This document shows positions 1-11,246 of a DNA stretch of 64,000 bases, one piece after another; position 1 is the stretch's first letter, and each line of letters opens with the position of its first letter. Under the pieces are notes generated by a model, which ran no database searches, was not told the DNA's origin, and was given only the letters and a program-made list of their open reading frames with translations. Location: NCBI GenBank assembly GCA_000004985.1, contig GG738864.1; one strand, written 5' to 3'. The DNA comes from Naegleria gruberi. Taxonomy: Eukaryota. The position numbers were made by a program, and so were the translations under genes.

Positions 1-1804
1 TAGCCAATCCAGGATGCATCTTGATAACCCACAATGCATTTCTAATTGAGGTTTCTTCAACAACAGAGGTCTTAATTGAGTTCCATGTTAATTTACTTGG
101 ACCCAGAACTGAAAGCTTTGGAAGGAATTCTCCAAGATTTGGACAGGAGCTCTTTAATCTAGCGCTTTCAGAGTTCTTGAATTGATTGACTTGATACTTT
201 AAACGATCCAAAGCTTGTGGGAATTTTTCAATCAAGTAAATTAACCAACGATGGAAGTACATGTAACCGTAGAGAGCTTTGATTGAGGCATGAGTATTAC
301 CTTTCATAATTTCAACAACCATAGTATTCATCAACTTGCACATCAATTCAATATAAATTGTTGCATTATCTAAGGATTCAGAGCTTGAAATTGAAGGATA
401 AGCAATTTGAATTTTCATCACTGACTGTTTCAAAATCTCAAAGTTACCATGCTTTCTGTTGATAAATACTGGGATCCAGTGAGAGAAACATCTTCCCCAG
501 ACACTCTTTCTGACATTCTCCTTATAGAAGGAAGTGTGAGAGAGAAGATCCAGAGGAGTTGAAATTGAGGCAATTGTGCCATCTTTCTTAGTTTCGAAAG
601 ATAGACCAACACCAAGTGTATCCTCATTAAATGTTTCCTTAGAGTGGAAACACACTAATTCTCTGGCTGTAGACAAGAATTTGTGTTCACACAAATCATA
701 GAGATATTTGCTAGACTGTTCAACTCTCTTCAATTCAATAATATTAAGATAGCTGAGAGTGTGTAAAATCAATTCGTTAGGTAAGTCTTTGAGATGCTTC
801 TTTGGTTCAGGAGTTTTCTTCAACATGCTTACAGCAATTAGGTTTTTGGAAGGTTGCGCAGGAGAAGCTGTTTCAATAATGGTTGATGATTCAACTGCAG
901 ACTTTTTCTTTTCCATCTTTTCTTGAACTTTCTTCAATCTGTTCAGTTTCTTTTTCTTGTTCTTTCCAATGTAGTTTGGATCCTTGGCTTCATCTTGAGA
1001 TGGTTTTGGTTGTTCTTCCTTCTTGGCAACAACCTTAGTTGGATCAACATATTGAAAAGGAATATCCCAGGCATTTGTGTTGACTGGAACTGCTTTAGGT
1101 TCTGGTTTGGTTTCTACTGGTTTAGTTTCAGCTATTGTTTTAGGTTCTACAGGTTTAGTTTCAACTTTTGGTTCAACCGTCTTTGGAGTTTCTTTCTTTG
1201 GAACTGGCTTGACCACAGGTTTGTCTTTCTTTAGAACGACAGCTTTAACAGGTTGTGGAACATACTTTGAAGCAAGAATTTCTGAAACATTCCAATAAGG
1301 AGCACATGGATATATGGTTCCCTTTGTTGGATTGTGTCCAGTTGTGGAATTAACATATTTCCTGGAAGCGTCAATATCACTCTGTATATATCTTTCCTGT
1401 CTATCCTCTTCTTCCAATAAGAATGATTGTAATTGCAACAAGATTGACAAACAAGAGTAACTTGTACTCCAACCCATGTATGGAATATCGTCAAAATAGT
1501 GAGCTTTCAACATGTCCAAGCAGATCCACCCACCAAAAACGTGAGAGTGATGCAATTGAGTAAGGCAAGCAATTTGTGGAGGTTCATTAGGATAATCCTT
1601 TGGAAACTTGATATCCAATACAACAATAATTCCATGATACTTGGATGTCTTTGGAGCTAACACAGTTGCATACCAATGAAACATGTCTCCTTGAAATGGC
1701 TCAGCATAGACAGTTTCTAATGGATTCGATTGAATTTCCTTCAAGTCTCTCGTTATTCTTTTGAGAGCAGAAGAAGGGAGAGCCTTCGAGCTGCTGCTAT
1801 TCAT
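1..1804 (-). CDS. UBC (E2 ubiquitin-conjugating) fold protein with a Pro/Lys/Val repeat linker and an F-box-like segment; 5' part only, the gene continues beyond the window start
   Basis: ATG at 1804-1802 (minus) opens a frame with no stop down to position 1: MNSSSSKALPSSALKRITRDLKEIQSNPLETVYAEPFQGDMFHWYATVLAPKTSKYHGIIVVLDIKFPKDYPNEPPQIACLTQLHHSHVFGGWICLDMLKAH... This is a UBC fold with the catalytic Cys in an ICLDML context. It is followed by KPVETKPEPK-type repeats and LPNELILHTLSYLNIIELKRV (F-box-like). It is absent from the ORF track because it is truncated at the window edge. Confidence 0.6.
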   Translation of the reverse strand, partial: MNSSSSKALPSSALKRITRDLKEIQSNPLETVYAEPFQGDMFHWYATVLAPKTSKYHGIIVVLDIKFPKDYPNEPPQIACLTQLHHSHVFGGWICLDMLKAHYFDDIPYMGWSTSYSCLSILLQLQSFLLEEEDRQERYIQSDIDASRKYVNSTTGHNPTKGTIYPCAPYWNVSEILASKYVPQPVKAVVLKKDKPVVKPVPKKETPKTVEPKVETKPVEPKTIAETKPVETKPEPKAVPVNTNAWDIPFQYVDPTKVVAKKEEQPKPSQDEAKDPNYIGKNKKKKLNRLKKVQEKMEKKKSAVESSTIIETASPAQPSKNLIAVSMLKKTPEPKKHLKDLPNELILHTLSYLNIIELKRVEQSSKYLYDLCEHKFLSTARELVCFHSKETFNEDTLGVGLSFETKKDGTIASISTPLDLLSHTSFYKENVRKSVWGRCFSHWIPVFINRKHGNFEILKQSVMKIQIAYPSISSSESLDNATIYIELMCKLMNTMVVEIMKGNTHASIKALYGYMYFHRWLIYLIEKFPQALDRLKYQVNQFKNSESARLKSSCPNLGEFLPKLSVLGPSKLTWNSIKTSVVEETSIRNALWVIKMHPGLA

Positions 1805-2511
1805 TTGTATTTGTTTTTTCTTTGTTGATATTGTTAAAGCATGGAACAGCCTTCCGAGCTATTTAAATAGTTTCAAAATTTGATGAACAGAGTAGAGCTG
1901 AAGTTGAATTTTCAAAGTAAATCCGGATCGATTTGATGAGATGTTATCAAGTAAATTGAATTTTCATCATTTTTTTAAGCGCCAAAAATAGCTTGAAAAG
2001 GTATTTGAAACAAAAAGAAAGAGCTGTGATTACTTCTGGTTTACGGTCTGGAAAATTTTGCAAGTAATAACCTTAATCTTAAATAACTTCCCATGCATGA
2101 TTAATCAATGTGATAATAAATATTTACCAAGAGAAGGTGATTAAAAAATGATTACCACAATCAACCTCATTTTTTCGTCAATAAAAAATTGTGAAGCATC
2201 TTTGCATCCTTTTAGAGCCTAATGATGATCACTAAATCATGACTAGAGTCTCCGAATCCCTGTGAGCGATAACCCAACAAACTCAACTCAACAACTCTGA
2301 CAAGCTTATTATCTTTACATTAATTTAATTGCTAAATATTAAATACACATTAATTTTTTAATTTTGAATCAATTTTCAAAATTGGAAAATCTAAGGAGAT
2401 GACATACTCCTTCAAAACTCCTTGGAGATGGGAGTGAGTATCAAGAAGAAAACCTGGCGTGAAATTTAATGATCCTCTCGCTTGTCAATAGTTTTCATAT
2501 CATAAAAAAAT

Positions 2512-4427
2512 ATGAAACAATCACTCTTGCTAGTTGTTGCTGTTTGTTCCGTGATGGCAATGTTATTGTCATCATTGGCCGTGGCACAAACTGAAAAGGA
2601 TCATCTCGTTACAACTCTCCCTGGTTATAAGGTATGTTTGTTTTATTGCATGGATGCTGATATGCTGAACCATTGACAATAATGCACGGGCAAATTATTC
2701 ACAAATATTCACTCTTGTATGAATTTTAATAATAATTAATAATATAGGATGGTAGAACACCACTTCCATTCAAATCATATACTGGTTATTTATTGGCAAA
2801 TCAAACTAGAGGCCATTACTTGTTTTATTGGTTTTTTGAAGCTCAAACAAATAGTGACACAGCTCCTCTTGTTTTCTGGACAAATGGTGGACCAGGTTAG
2901 TAGTATAATCTGTTGTGGCATTCAATATTTTCTATGAAAATCATGCAATTTTTTTATGATATGGAACTATACAGGCTGTTCAAGTCTTGGAGGAGAAGCC
3001 AGTGAACGTATGTATTTAAAAGTTATTATCAATTGAGGATCATTTAATATTATATAGATGGATTTTTACTTGTCAATGCTGATGGTGCTACTTTGAGAGA
3101 AAATCCATACAGTTGGAATAGAAAGGCCAATATGTTGTACATTGAACAACCTATTGGTGTTGGTTTCAGTTATTCAAATCATACTTCTGATTATGGAGTT
3201 GTCAATGATGTGATGGCTGCTTCTGATATGGCTAATGCTTACAGAGATTTCATTAAGAGATTCCCAAAGTTTTTGAATAGAGATGTTTATTTGTCAGGTG
3301 AAGTAAGTATATTCACACATTGAATGAGATTGAATTTCTTACCAAATAATAGTCTTATGGAGGAGTTTATGTTCCAACTACTGCAGCTGAAATTATTCAA
3401 GGAAACCAAAATGGACAAGTCCCATACATTAATTTGAAGGGTATTTTAGTCGGAAATGGTGTTACAGGTATGTTTACTGAAATGTTAAATTCCATAACAA
3501 TTATTTCTAGATGCTGAGGCTGACGCAAATAGCATTCCACCAATGATGAAATATCACAGTTTGATCTCTATCAAGTATTACGAGCAAGGTTTTGCTGCAT
3601 GCAAGGGTGATTTCTTTAACAATCAAAATGTTCCAGCTTGTGCTCAATTTTTGGACCAAAGTAACAATGTCATGGGTAATATTAACCCATACTACATTTA
3701 TGACAGCTGTCCATGGTTGGGTATTACTTCTCAAAAAGCCAAGATTTCATTCCAAGAAAAGAAATTCAATGTTTTGAATGAACAAGGAAAGAAAGTCGAT
3801 GTTCATCCACTTTTCCAAATGTACAAACATGGTGGTTGGTCAAAGAGAGTTGCATTGCAATCAAATTCTAAGGTTAGAATGGAGTCTGACAGTCCATGTG
3901 TTCCAAATCAATCCATTGCTAAATATTTCAAGAGATTGGATGTCCAAAAAGCCCTTGGTATTCAACACGGAACTGTTGATCCAAATGGTTGGGATATCTG
4001 TACCAATGCCATTAATTATACTCAAGTTTATCCAAGTATTCTTCCATTCTATACAAAGTTGTTGCAACACATTAGAATTCTTGTTTTCTCTGGTGATGTA
4101 GACATGGTAAGTTCTCCATATTTCTAATTGTTTTTAATAATTACTAATTTTAATATTTTAATTCCATAGGTTGTTAACTCTTACGGAACTCAAGCTGCTA
4201 TTGATAAATTGCAATTGCAAGAAACTTCATCTTGGAGAACTTGGGAACATGAAACAGTTACTGGAACAGTTGTTGGAGGATATATCAGAAAGTTTGGACC
4301 AGGCGGAAAGAATGGACAAGGATTGACCTTTATTACCATTAGAGGCGGTTCTCACATGGTTCCTATGGTGAAACCAGAAGCTGCTCTCACCTACTTTACT
4401 AAATTCTTGGATGGTGATTGTTGTTAA
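2512..4427 (+). CDS. Serine carboxypeptidase (peptidase S10), secreted; 7 exons
   Basis: Signal peptide [18 protein letters not shown]. Introns re-derived at about 2632-2747, 2896-2974, 3008-3057, 3304-3352, 3468-3510 and 4107-4169 (all GT..AG). Hallmarks: [35 protein letters not shown] (catalytic Ser), FSGDVDM (Asp), RGGSHMVP (His). Confidence 0.85.
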
Positions 4428-4442
4428 ATAAAGTTAAACATT

Positions 4443-5018
4443 TTATTGAGATGATTCATTTGGATTCTTTAAATATTTAATAACCTTACAAGGATTTCCA
4501 GCAGCAACAACATATGGAGGAATATCCTTAGTGACAACAGAACCAGCTCCAATAGTTGTTCCCTTTCCAATCTTAACTCCTGGAAGAATAATTGCAGCTC
4601 CACCAATCCAAACATCATCTCCAATCTCAATTGGTTTTGCATATTCCAATCCAGATTTTCTCTCCTCTGGATCCACTGGATGAGTTGCAGTATATACATT
4701 TACATTAGGTCCAAATAAAACATTATTTCCAATTCTAATTTCACACACATCCAACATGACACATCCAAAATTAGCAAAAAATGATTTTCCATAATGAATA
4801 TTATATCCATAATCACATCTAAATGTTGGTTCTAGAAAACTTCCCTCACCATGAGTTCCCATCAATTCTTTCAAAATTCCATCCATTACCTTCTTATCTT
4901 GTTCATTATTATAGAGATGAACGAGTTGACGAGCTTTGGCTCTCTCTTGAACTAGCTGTTCATCCATGGCATTGTAGAGCTCTCCAGCGAGCATTTTCTC
5001 CTTTTCACTTCTTTGCAT
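4443..5018 (-). CDS. Maltose/galactoside O-acetyltransferase (Maa/LacA family, left-handed beta-helix hexapeptide repeats); intronless
   Basis: A 191-aa single ORF with an N-terminal Mac domain and hexapeptide repeats (IGNNVLFGPNVNVYTATHPVDPEERKSG...IGDDVWIGGAAIILPGVKIGKGTTIGAGSVVTKDIPPYVVAAGNPCKVI). It closely resembles bacterial Maa. Confidence 0.85.
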   Translation of the reverse strand: MQRSEKEKMLAGELYNAMDEQLVQERAKARQLVHLYNNEQDKKVMDGILKELMGTHGEGSFLEPTFRCDYGYNIHYGKSFFANFGCVMLDVCEIRIGNNVLFGPNVNVYTATHPVDPEERKSGLEYAKPIEIGDDVWIGGAAIILPGVKIGKGTTIGAGSVVTKDIPPYVVAAGNPCKVIKYLKNPNESSQ

Positions 5019-5277
5019 TTTTTTTTGATTGTTTTTTGTAATAATTTAACTTGGATATTAATATTGGACGAATCTTATTTGGAAAGACACGTGTTTTTTC
5101 ATTCTTTTCAGCTGAATTGAAAAAGAAATATCTTTTCAATAAATGTTTAAAGTTTAAAACAACTTACAAAATCCGCCAAATCAAGTTCTTTAAGTTTTGT
5201 AACACAATATGGAGTTTACTTTAGTTATGTAACATGATATGGAGTTTACAATATTATAACACATCCCAACAAAAAAA

Positions 5278-7056
5278 ATGTCAATATTTTCACCACAAAA
5301 CGATAATGATGAAGAATTTCTCATTCAAGATTTGATCAAGGCACATTTAGAAGGAAAATCATCACAAAAAACACTTGAAAAATTCCTAAATGATCCCTTC
5401 TATGGGATGTGTGATCGGATCAGAAGGTGGATTAAACAAGATGAATCGAGAGGATGTTCTGTTGCTTCGGAAGAAGTGATCAATGTGGATTTACTTAGAA
5501 AATTGGATGATAATATCAAGTATGATATTATGGAATTTATTCCAACCTTTTCGAAATGGAAACAATTCAATCTGGAAAGGGAATATTTGAAAAGGATTAA
5601 TTTTCCAAAAGAAATAATTCATTCCAATGAATATTATCTGGATAGCAACTTGGTAACCTTTCACAAAATGAGATTAATTTCCAAATCTTTCAATAGACGA
5701 ATGATGATTAAAATATTGAATATTGAAGAAGTTTTCATTGATATGGAATTACCTAATGCAAGAGAACTAATCGAAGGTTTCAATATATTATTCGCTAAAC
5801 AGACTAAATATGTTAAGGAAAATAGAATATTACCAGATTCAACTTTGTATCTGTATTCAGATAAGACAGTTCCTGATCCTTTAGAAGCTTTGAAAAAGAG
5901 TGTTAAGAAGGTTAAGAAGAAAGCATCCTTGTTCGATGATGAGGATGAGGATGAGATGTTTCCTGTTGGAACGAGTAGCTCAATATTTGATGATTCATCT
6001 GAGGATGATTTCCTTCCGAAAGCATCTCATTCTCAAAAACCAATTGCAACAACCCATTATTCTTCCCTATTTGGTGATGAGGAAGATGACATTTCTGATT
6101 TCTCAGACTTTCTTAAAAAGAATAATCAATCCACAAGTCCTCTTGCTTCTAAAAATGATGTCAGAGCTCCATTCAAAAACAATAGAAGATCATTATCACC
6201 AAGAAGAGTCTCACCAGAAGTGTACTCCAATTTCTGTTACCCAACAGAGTTGAGGCGCCCAGATACTGTATCAAAGCCATCATCACATTCTTCATTCAGT
6301 CTCACTCAAGAAAATTCGACCATTACTCACTTGATTATTAGTGGAAGACTACCACTTGATTTGTTTCAGTTTTCTAATTTGAGAGCTCTTACTTTACTTC
6401 AAAGTTCGACTTGTGAAATACCTAAAACTGTTAAACTTTTTACAATTTCCAATGAAAGAGATCTCCATGGAGGTTCATTATCTTCATTGGAAATGATCAA
6501 ACATTTGATAACAAAGAGATGTATTGGAGCTAATGGAATTCAAGCTATGTTGAAATATGGCACTAAATTCGGGTCATTATTCTCCTCTTCCACACAACTA
6601 ATGGAAAATATACTCTCTGAAACAACTGATCAGAGTATTTTGGATTACTTGTTTGTTGAGTTGGGAATTCCTATTGAGCTAATCGATTGTAGATCCAAAC
6701 AACCAGCTTATCAATATTTAGTATATTTATGTAATAAGGTGAGTTTTATTTGTTCTATTCCAATACCTAATTGAGAAAGTATCAAAATGGAAGAATGTTT
6801 AACATTATGTCAAATAATGAGGAAGGAATATTGGACGAAACCATAGTATATGGTTGGAATTTCAAACAACAACTTTTTGAGATGCCATTTTTGTCTGATT
6901 CTTCACATGTTTGTTTCTGGTGTATTTAATCTCATGAAGAAACTTAGAAATCTTGTGCATGAAAAGAATAATAAGGGTATTTCACCAATTGATATTATTT
7001 CTAATAAGAAAAGAGTTGATCTTCAGACGAAAATTATTCTTTCAGAATTTCGTTAA
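5278..7056 (+). CDS. Hypothetical acidic/Ser-rich protein with an LRR-like segment; probable 3' intron (GTGAGT donor at 6739, CATAG acceptor at 6846) joining an in-frame 70-codon terminal exon 6847-7056
   Basis: Long ORF 5278-6774 (498 aa) with a DDEDEDE tract and LPLDLFQFSNLRALTLL. The ORF tail after aag|gtgagt is poor. The downstream exon is in the same phase and stop-free for 70 codons. The second exon is inference only. Confidence 0.5.
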
Positions 7057-7101
7057 AGAAACACAAAATTTTCTGTAGCAATTAATGAACTATTGATTTA
7101 T

Positions 7102-7863
7102 TTAGAATCTAAATCTCTTTGTTGTTCTCACTCGTGAAATATATGGAATCCAGCCTTGAACCTTTGGATGTTCCATAATTGTTTCCAATGAGTGATACTT
7201 TTCAGCCATTTCGTCCAACGTTATGAATGTATGTACAGCATCGTGACATGGTCTACAAATAAGAATAACCTTATTTAAATGTTCCTTAGAATATTGACCT
7301 CTTTTGAGGAATTTTCTATGTGTCCATCTTGGAATCAAGTGATGTCTTGTCAATTTCATTTCTCTTTCACACATTACACAACAACCATCCTCAACATAGG
7401 CACCATCATCATCGTCAGAATCAATTACAATACCATAATCTTCATATTTACATAATCTCAAATTTTGTAAATGTTCTTGAATTTCATTACAAATTGATTG
7501 AACTTCCTTTTCATCATCTAGAGCCAAATCATAATTTATCAAATGTTCCGACAAGATGTTTGTAATTAGTGTTAAACTCTTTTGTTTCTTTTCACCTTTA
7601 GTATTAGAAATGGCAGAGAATGCCAATGTATGATTAGAAGCCTTGTTTTCACCTTTAGTTGGCAATGTTTCATCAACAGCACCACTTTGTAAAAGTACAT
7701 TTAAATTATCTTGTAATAATTCACCTAGTAAATGTTCCAGAATGTCCTCATCCTCTATCAATTGTGGTAGAGCCTTCATCAGAGCCTTCTTTACACATGT
7801 TTCAATTTGTTCATCGGAGAGTTGATCAAAGGTTACGAGTGGAGTTTCTTCGTTTTGAGACAT
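7102..7863 (-). CDS. Hypothetical protein with a C-terminal Cys/His-rich (zinc-ribbon / His-Me-finger-like) region
   Basis: 253-aa ORF. The C-terminal region CCVMCEREMKLTRHHLIPR...CRPCHDAVH suggests a metal-binding module. Start has A-rich context. Confidence 0.55.
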   Translation of the reverse strand: MSQNEETPLVTFDQLSDEQIETCVKKALMKALPQLIEDEDILEHLLGELLQDNLNVLLQSGAVDETLPTKGENKASNHTLAFSAISNTKGEKKQKSLTLITNILSEHLINYDLALDDEKEVQSICNEIQEHLQNLRLCKYEDYGIVIDSDDDDGAYVEDGCCVMCEREMKLTRHHLIPRWTHRKFLKRGQYSKEHLNKVILICRPCHDAVHTFITLDEMAEKYHSLETIMEHPKVQGWIPYISRVRTTKRFRF

Positions 7864-8659
7864 TTTATTGTTATTTTGATGTTGCTGAGAGGTTGCTCAT
7901 TTGATGATTTAAATAGATTGATATCAATTATGAAGAACATGCTGATTATCAGAGAGAGTTATTTCTAGAGTTGAACTTGCGGAATGAAGGTTCCGTGTTC
8001 GTTTTTCAATTTGAATTGTGTAAGCAACAGCACATTACTAGTTAATAGAATATACCACCTCAAAATATGTTGCACTGAGGAATCAAAGATCCAACCTTGT
8101 GGAAAGCCTTTCTAATTGGCTATTCTAGCATTAATTTTGAAACAAACTAATTGGAAATGTGAAAGATTCTATTGTTCCAACTGTGAAACTAGGACAACTT
8201 ACTAGCAAAGAAGCAAGAATAAGATGACATTGTATTGGAAGTCAATGTGATTAAGGGTGAAGTCTCAAAAGAAATCGAATTAAATCTCTCGATAACTAAC
8301 TAAACTTTCTCCAATCAGTTGCCAATTTTCAAATTGTGAATAGGTACACAACAACTAGGACAACATTGATAAGCTCGGCCAATATTACAATGTCGGATTC
8401 GAGAAGTACAATGTCTTCTAACTCTACTGCAAAGTATATTGACAAGTTAATTTAAAGAATTGATGACAATAATTATTAAAGACAATTACCCTCATGTTGT
8501 GTATTCTTTTTAACGTCAAAAATTCTCCAAATGGTATCTAGATAATTTTCATCATCACGATGAAGAAATAATAAACAATAATATTTAAATATCAAAGGAC
8601 CCTGTTGGTGTGTGGATATTGTATATCCCAGAAATTTATTGGGTAAAAAAGCAGTTAAA

Positions 8660-8985
8660 TTATTGGACATCTTCTCTGAATGACTTCCAATCGACCTTGT
8701 AAACAGATCCGGAGGCAGTGTTATAATCGATTTCATATGGTGGCTTCAAACCTCTGTGTTTACTTTCCAAATACTATTGATATTAGTAAATACAACAACA
8801 AATAAATTTTAAATAATACATACGGAAGCATACTTGTTCTTATTCATGTGATAGTTGAAGTGATAGGCTTCATAGATACCCCAAACCAAAACTACTTCAG
8901 TGACAAGACCAATGAAGATTGGCTTCTTCCACTTCAAGAATAAGTCCTTAGCAACACCGTGAAAATGCATCTTAGCTCCAGTCAT
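8660..8985 (-). CDS. Small two-exon single-TM protein (about 92 aa), function unknown
   Basis: Exon 1 8985-8824: MTGAKMHFHGVAKDLFLKWKKPIFIGLVTEVVLVWGIYEAYHFNYHMNKNKYAS. Then a GTATGT...AATAG intron (about 8774-8823, 50 nt). Exon 2 8773-8660: VYLESKHRGLKPPYEIDYNTASGSVYKVDWKSFREDVQ*. The ORF-track ORF 8476-8736 is a different, unconvincing frame. Confidence 0.4.
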
Positions 8986-9443
8986 TTTTTATTATTTTTT
9001 TTTAAGTTTGCCTTCTGTTGCTTTTGCGACTATTATGGACATTTTTCGAGTTAACTCTTACAATTGCAAAATGGCGCTCAAGATGGTAAAACAAATAGAT
9101 CCACAGCAGGCTCTCAAAGAAAAAGTTGGCAGTTTGTTGTTGAGGTGTTGTTTATGAGATGCGTTATCCACTCACTTTAAAAGATGAATAGACTTCATCA
9201 CGGGTTTTTATTTTCAAGATATTTTAAATGAGTAATTTAGATTGGATGTTGACACAAACAGAATGAATCTATGCAATTTTTGACAAGGAATTCAATAAGT
9301 CTATTTGAAATGCAACCAAGACCAAAAATTGAATGACACCACAATCTCTTCAAAGAAAAACTACTAAACAAGATCAAAGATCAATACTAAAAACATGCCA
9401 ATTCCAATACCAAATATTTCATCCAAATCTTTGAACAAAAAAA

Positions 9444-10595
9444 ATGAAACCACAAAATACTGAGAATGATATTTTATTTGACAAGACATTAAAGTTTACT
9501 CCCGATATTGAAAATTATAAACCATACACCAAGAATCAGGCAAATTCAACATCACTCTCAGAGAAATCAACATTATCAAATATTTGTGTGATTAGTGTGA
9601 TTTCGAAAGAGCATACAATTCCGAATAATAATTCACAAACAATTAAACAAGTCACAATTCCTCAAAAACCAATGAATATGAATAATGAAGTATTATTTGA
9701 TTTGGATAATTTATCTTTTATTCCAGACATGGAAAATTATTTACCATATTCAAAAGGGTTAATGTATAGAATGGGAAGTAAATTATTCGGAGGAATGACA
9801 GAATTTGCTAAAAATCATTACACTGCTAATATTGCAAAATACTGGGAAAAGTTTTTCAAAAAGAATAATGATAAATTCTTTAAAAACAGACAGTGGATGT
9901 TGAGAGAATATCTCCAATTGAAGGATGCTATTGAAAAGAATGAAACATTTACTTTTTGTGAAATTGGATGTGGATGTGGTAACACAATTAATGGAATTTT
10001 ATCCAATGTAAAGTCAATTAATGAAAATTTTGATGCAGCTAAACAGATGGAAATTTATGGATTTGACTGCTCATCTCATGCAGTGGAACTTTTGAAAGAA
10101 ACTTATAAGGAGCATGAAAATATTCACCTCTTTGTTCATGACTTGTTGGAAAAGAAGAGTATCTTGGAAAGTGAGGCAACCAGTGCAAGACACACACCTC
10201 CTCCACCTCATTTCATTCAATATTCGACAATGATATATGTATTGAGTGCATTCAGTTCACTAGAAGATATGAAATACATGCTCAATGTAAAGATTCACGA
10301 GTTACTCTCAAAGGGAGGTATTTTGTTTTTACGTGACTATGCTGTTGAGGATTTAGCTCACAAGAGATACCTAGAAGAGAAGGACATTTACACAAAACAA
10401 TTGAGTGAAACTTGTTTTGTAAGAGGAGATGGAACTTTGGTTTACTTTTTCTCAATTCCTGAACTGACCTCGCTCTTTGATACAGAAAAGTATGACGTAC
10501 TGTCATGTGAATATATCTATAAGGTGGTTGAAAATAGAGGAGAAAGCTTGACAATGAATAGAAAATTTATACAAATCGTTTGCAGGGCTAAATAA
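9444..10595 (+). CDS. Class I SAM-dependent methyltransferase of the METTL2/METTL6/METTL8 (tRNA m3C) type
   Basis: 383 aa. Motif I CEIGCGCGNTINGIL, post-I IYGFDCSSHAVELL, motif II/III region MIYVLSAFSSLEDM...GGILFLRDY. The N-terminus carries a duplicated FDxxLxFxPDxENYxPY motif. Confidence 0.7.
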   Translation: MKPQNTENDILFDKTLKFTPDIENYKPYTKNQANSTSLSEKSTLSNICVISVISKEHTIPNNNSQTIKQVTIPQKPMNMNNEVLFDLDNLSFIPDMENYLPYSKGLMYRMGSKLFGGMTEFAKNHYTANIAKYWEKFFKKNNDKFFKNRQWMLREYLQLKDAIEKNETFTFCEIGCGCGNTINGILSNVKSINENFDAAKQMEIYGFDCSSHAVELLKETYKEHENIHLFVHDLLEKKSILESEATSARHTPPPPHFIQYSTMIYVLSAFSSLEDMKYMLNVKIHELLSKGGILFLRDYAVEDLAHKRYLEEKDIYTKQLSETCFVRGDGTLVYFFSIPELTSLFDTEKYDVLSCEYIYKVVENRGESLTMNRKFIQIVCRAK

Positions 10596-10596
10596 A

Positions 10597-11064
10597 TTAT
10601 TGTTGTTGTTGAGCAGCAGGTCCGAAATAATTCATCAACAATCCCATAACTGAAAACATGATAGTTGTAACAGTTTGTTTGAAATCCATTTCAGAATATT
10701 TCAAATTACACAATCCACTCACGCAGAACAAGGCTCCCAACCATGAAATATATTTCATCTTTAACATTAAACCCATCACACCACAAAATAATGATAACAT
10801 TGAAGGAATATCTGTTGGAGCCTCTTCTTCAGGTATATCATCAGGATACATAAATTCCTTTTCTTCATGTGCTGCCGATCTTCTTGTTCCGTTCGATGGA
10901 ATAATTTTATTTTGTGTTGTTGTAGATGGTGATATAGCAGCTGTGGTTGTGGTTGTTGTTGTGGATGGTGATGTAGTAGTGGTAGATACTTCTTCCGATG
11001 ATGATGAAGCAACAGGTGTACTGTTCTCCTCCAAAGAAATTGTTTCCTCGTTTGATGATGACAT
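10597..11064 (-). CDS. Asterix / WDR83OS (PAT-complex subunit) homolog with a long Ser/Thr-rich N-terminal extension
   Basis: The C-terminal 65 aa, PSMLSLFCGVMGLMLKMKYISWLGALFCVSGLCNLKYSEMDFKQTVTTIMFSVMGLLMNYFGP, align to the conserved Asterix core ([63 protein letters not shown]). Confidence 0.65.
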   Translation of the reverse strand: MSSSNEETISLEENSTPVASSSSEEVSTTTTSPSTTTTTTTAAISPSTTTQNKIIPSNGTRRSAAHEEKEFMYPDDIPEEEAPTDIPSMLSLFCGVMGLMLKMKYISWLGALFCVSGLCNLKYSEMDFKQTVTTIMFSVMGLLMNYFGPAAQQQQ

Positions 11065-11246
11065 TTTTTATTCGGTTTTTTAAAGATTTTCAATATTATT
11101 TATTCTTCTCGACTTGTCAGCTTGTGATGAAAGGCTTTAGAGTTGATACTGCTCTATTGGCTTGAAGCAGTATGTGTCCATTTAATTGTTTTCTAATATC
11201 GTGTTGTTTCTTACCATTCAATTAAAAAGTTATTTAATTTAAAAAA

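Noticed and set aside
923-1298. Plus-strand ORFs 923-1234 and 1077-1298 (W/F/L-rich and G/T/S-rich)
   Set aside because: They are antisense to the UBC-domain gene's Lys/Pro/Val repeat region. The composition is a mirror artefact of the sense-strand repeats.
1231-1494. Minus ORF 1231-1494 in the track (MTIFHTWVG...)
   Set aside because: It starts at a TTG and is in a different frame from the continuous UBC reading frame that I verified codon by codon.
8476-8736. ORF-track ORF MKSIITLPPDLF... on the minus strand
   Set aside because: A two-exon model in another frame, with a canonical GTATGT...AATAG intron and a clean ATG, explains the locus better. That model is kept at low confidence.
8990-9440. 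Possible small ORF MALKMVKQIDPQQALKEKVGSLLLRCCL in the intergenic region
   Set aside because: It is 28 codons with no supporting splice or domain signal. It is most likely untranslated.
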